Source: a virus. From it: a stretch of 64,000 nt of DNA. The DNA lies in IMG/VR virus record IMGVR_UViG_3300031414_000008, positions 32,001-96,000 of that record. One strand, 5' to 3'. The notes under the pieces are model-generated. The model did no database searches, was not told the origin of the DNA, and saw only the letters and a program-made list of their open reading frames with translations. This document shows, piece after piece, positions 63,936-64,000 of this stretch (position 1 is the first letter of the stretch; each line of letters opens with the position of its first letter). The translations under genes and the position numbers were made by a program.

Positions 63936-64000
63936 GCATATACTTGTGGCAACAAGAGGAGAATCTTACATGTTGCCACAAACTTTTCACATCCCTGGAC

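Overview
A 64-kb segment of a large lytic tailed dsDNA phage, about 56% GC by eye, standard genetic code. The host is probably a Gram-negative gammaproteobacterium (spanins, HU, sigma70 promoters); the taxon cannot be fixed from sequence alone. The - strand carries virion genes (putative portal, four small or medium fibre proteins, a 1613-aa GH8-like/fibre fusion), a multisubunit RNA polymerase beta subunit truncated at the left edge, a sigma factor and HU. The + strand carries replication and metabolism genes: SNF2 and DinG helicases, T7-type SSB, Cas4-like nuclease, RNase H, primase-helicase, DEDD exonuclease, ThyA, ATP ligase and a family-A DNA polymerase split into two genes 9 kb apart. 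It also carries NAD salvage (NadM-Nudix + NadV), an embedded Rz/Rz1 pair, an Acb1 homolog, an RlmN-like radical SAM enzyme, several paralog expansions and many small unknown ORFs. Non-coding highlights are a GGTATAAG-N6-GTA(A) promoter-like motif at about 16 gene starts and a 214-bp element present twice, 31.7 kb apart, with a 62-bp identical core bracketed by perfect 13-bp inverted repeats. No tRNA, CRISPR array, integrase or reverse transcriptase was seen. All protein calls come from motif recognition by eye; no database search was run.
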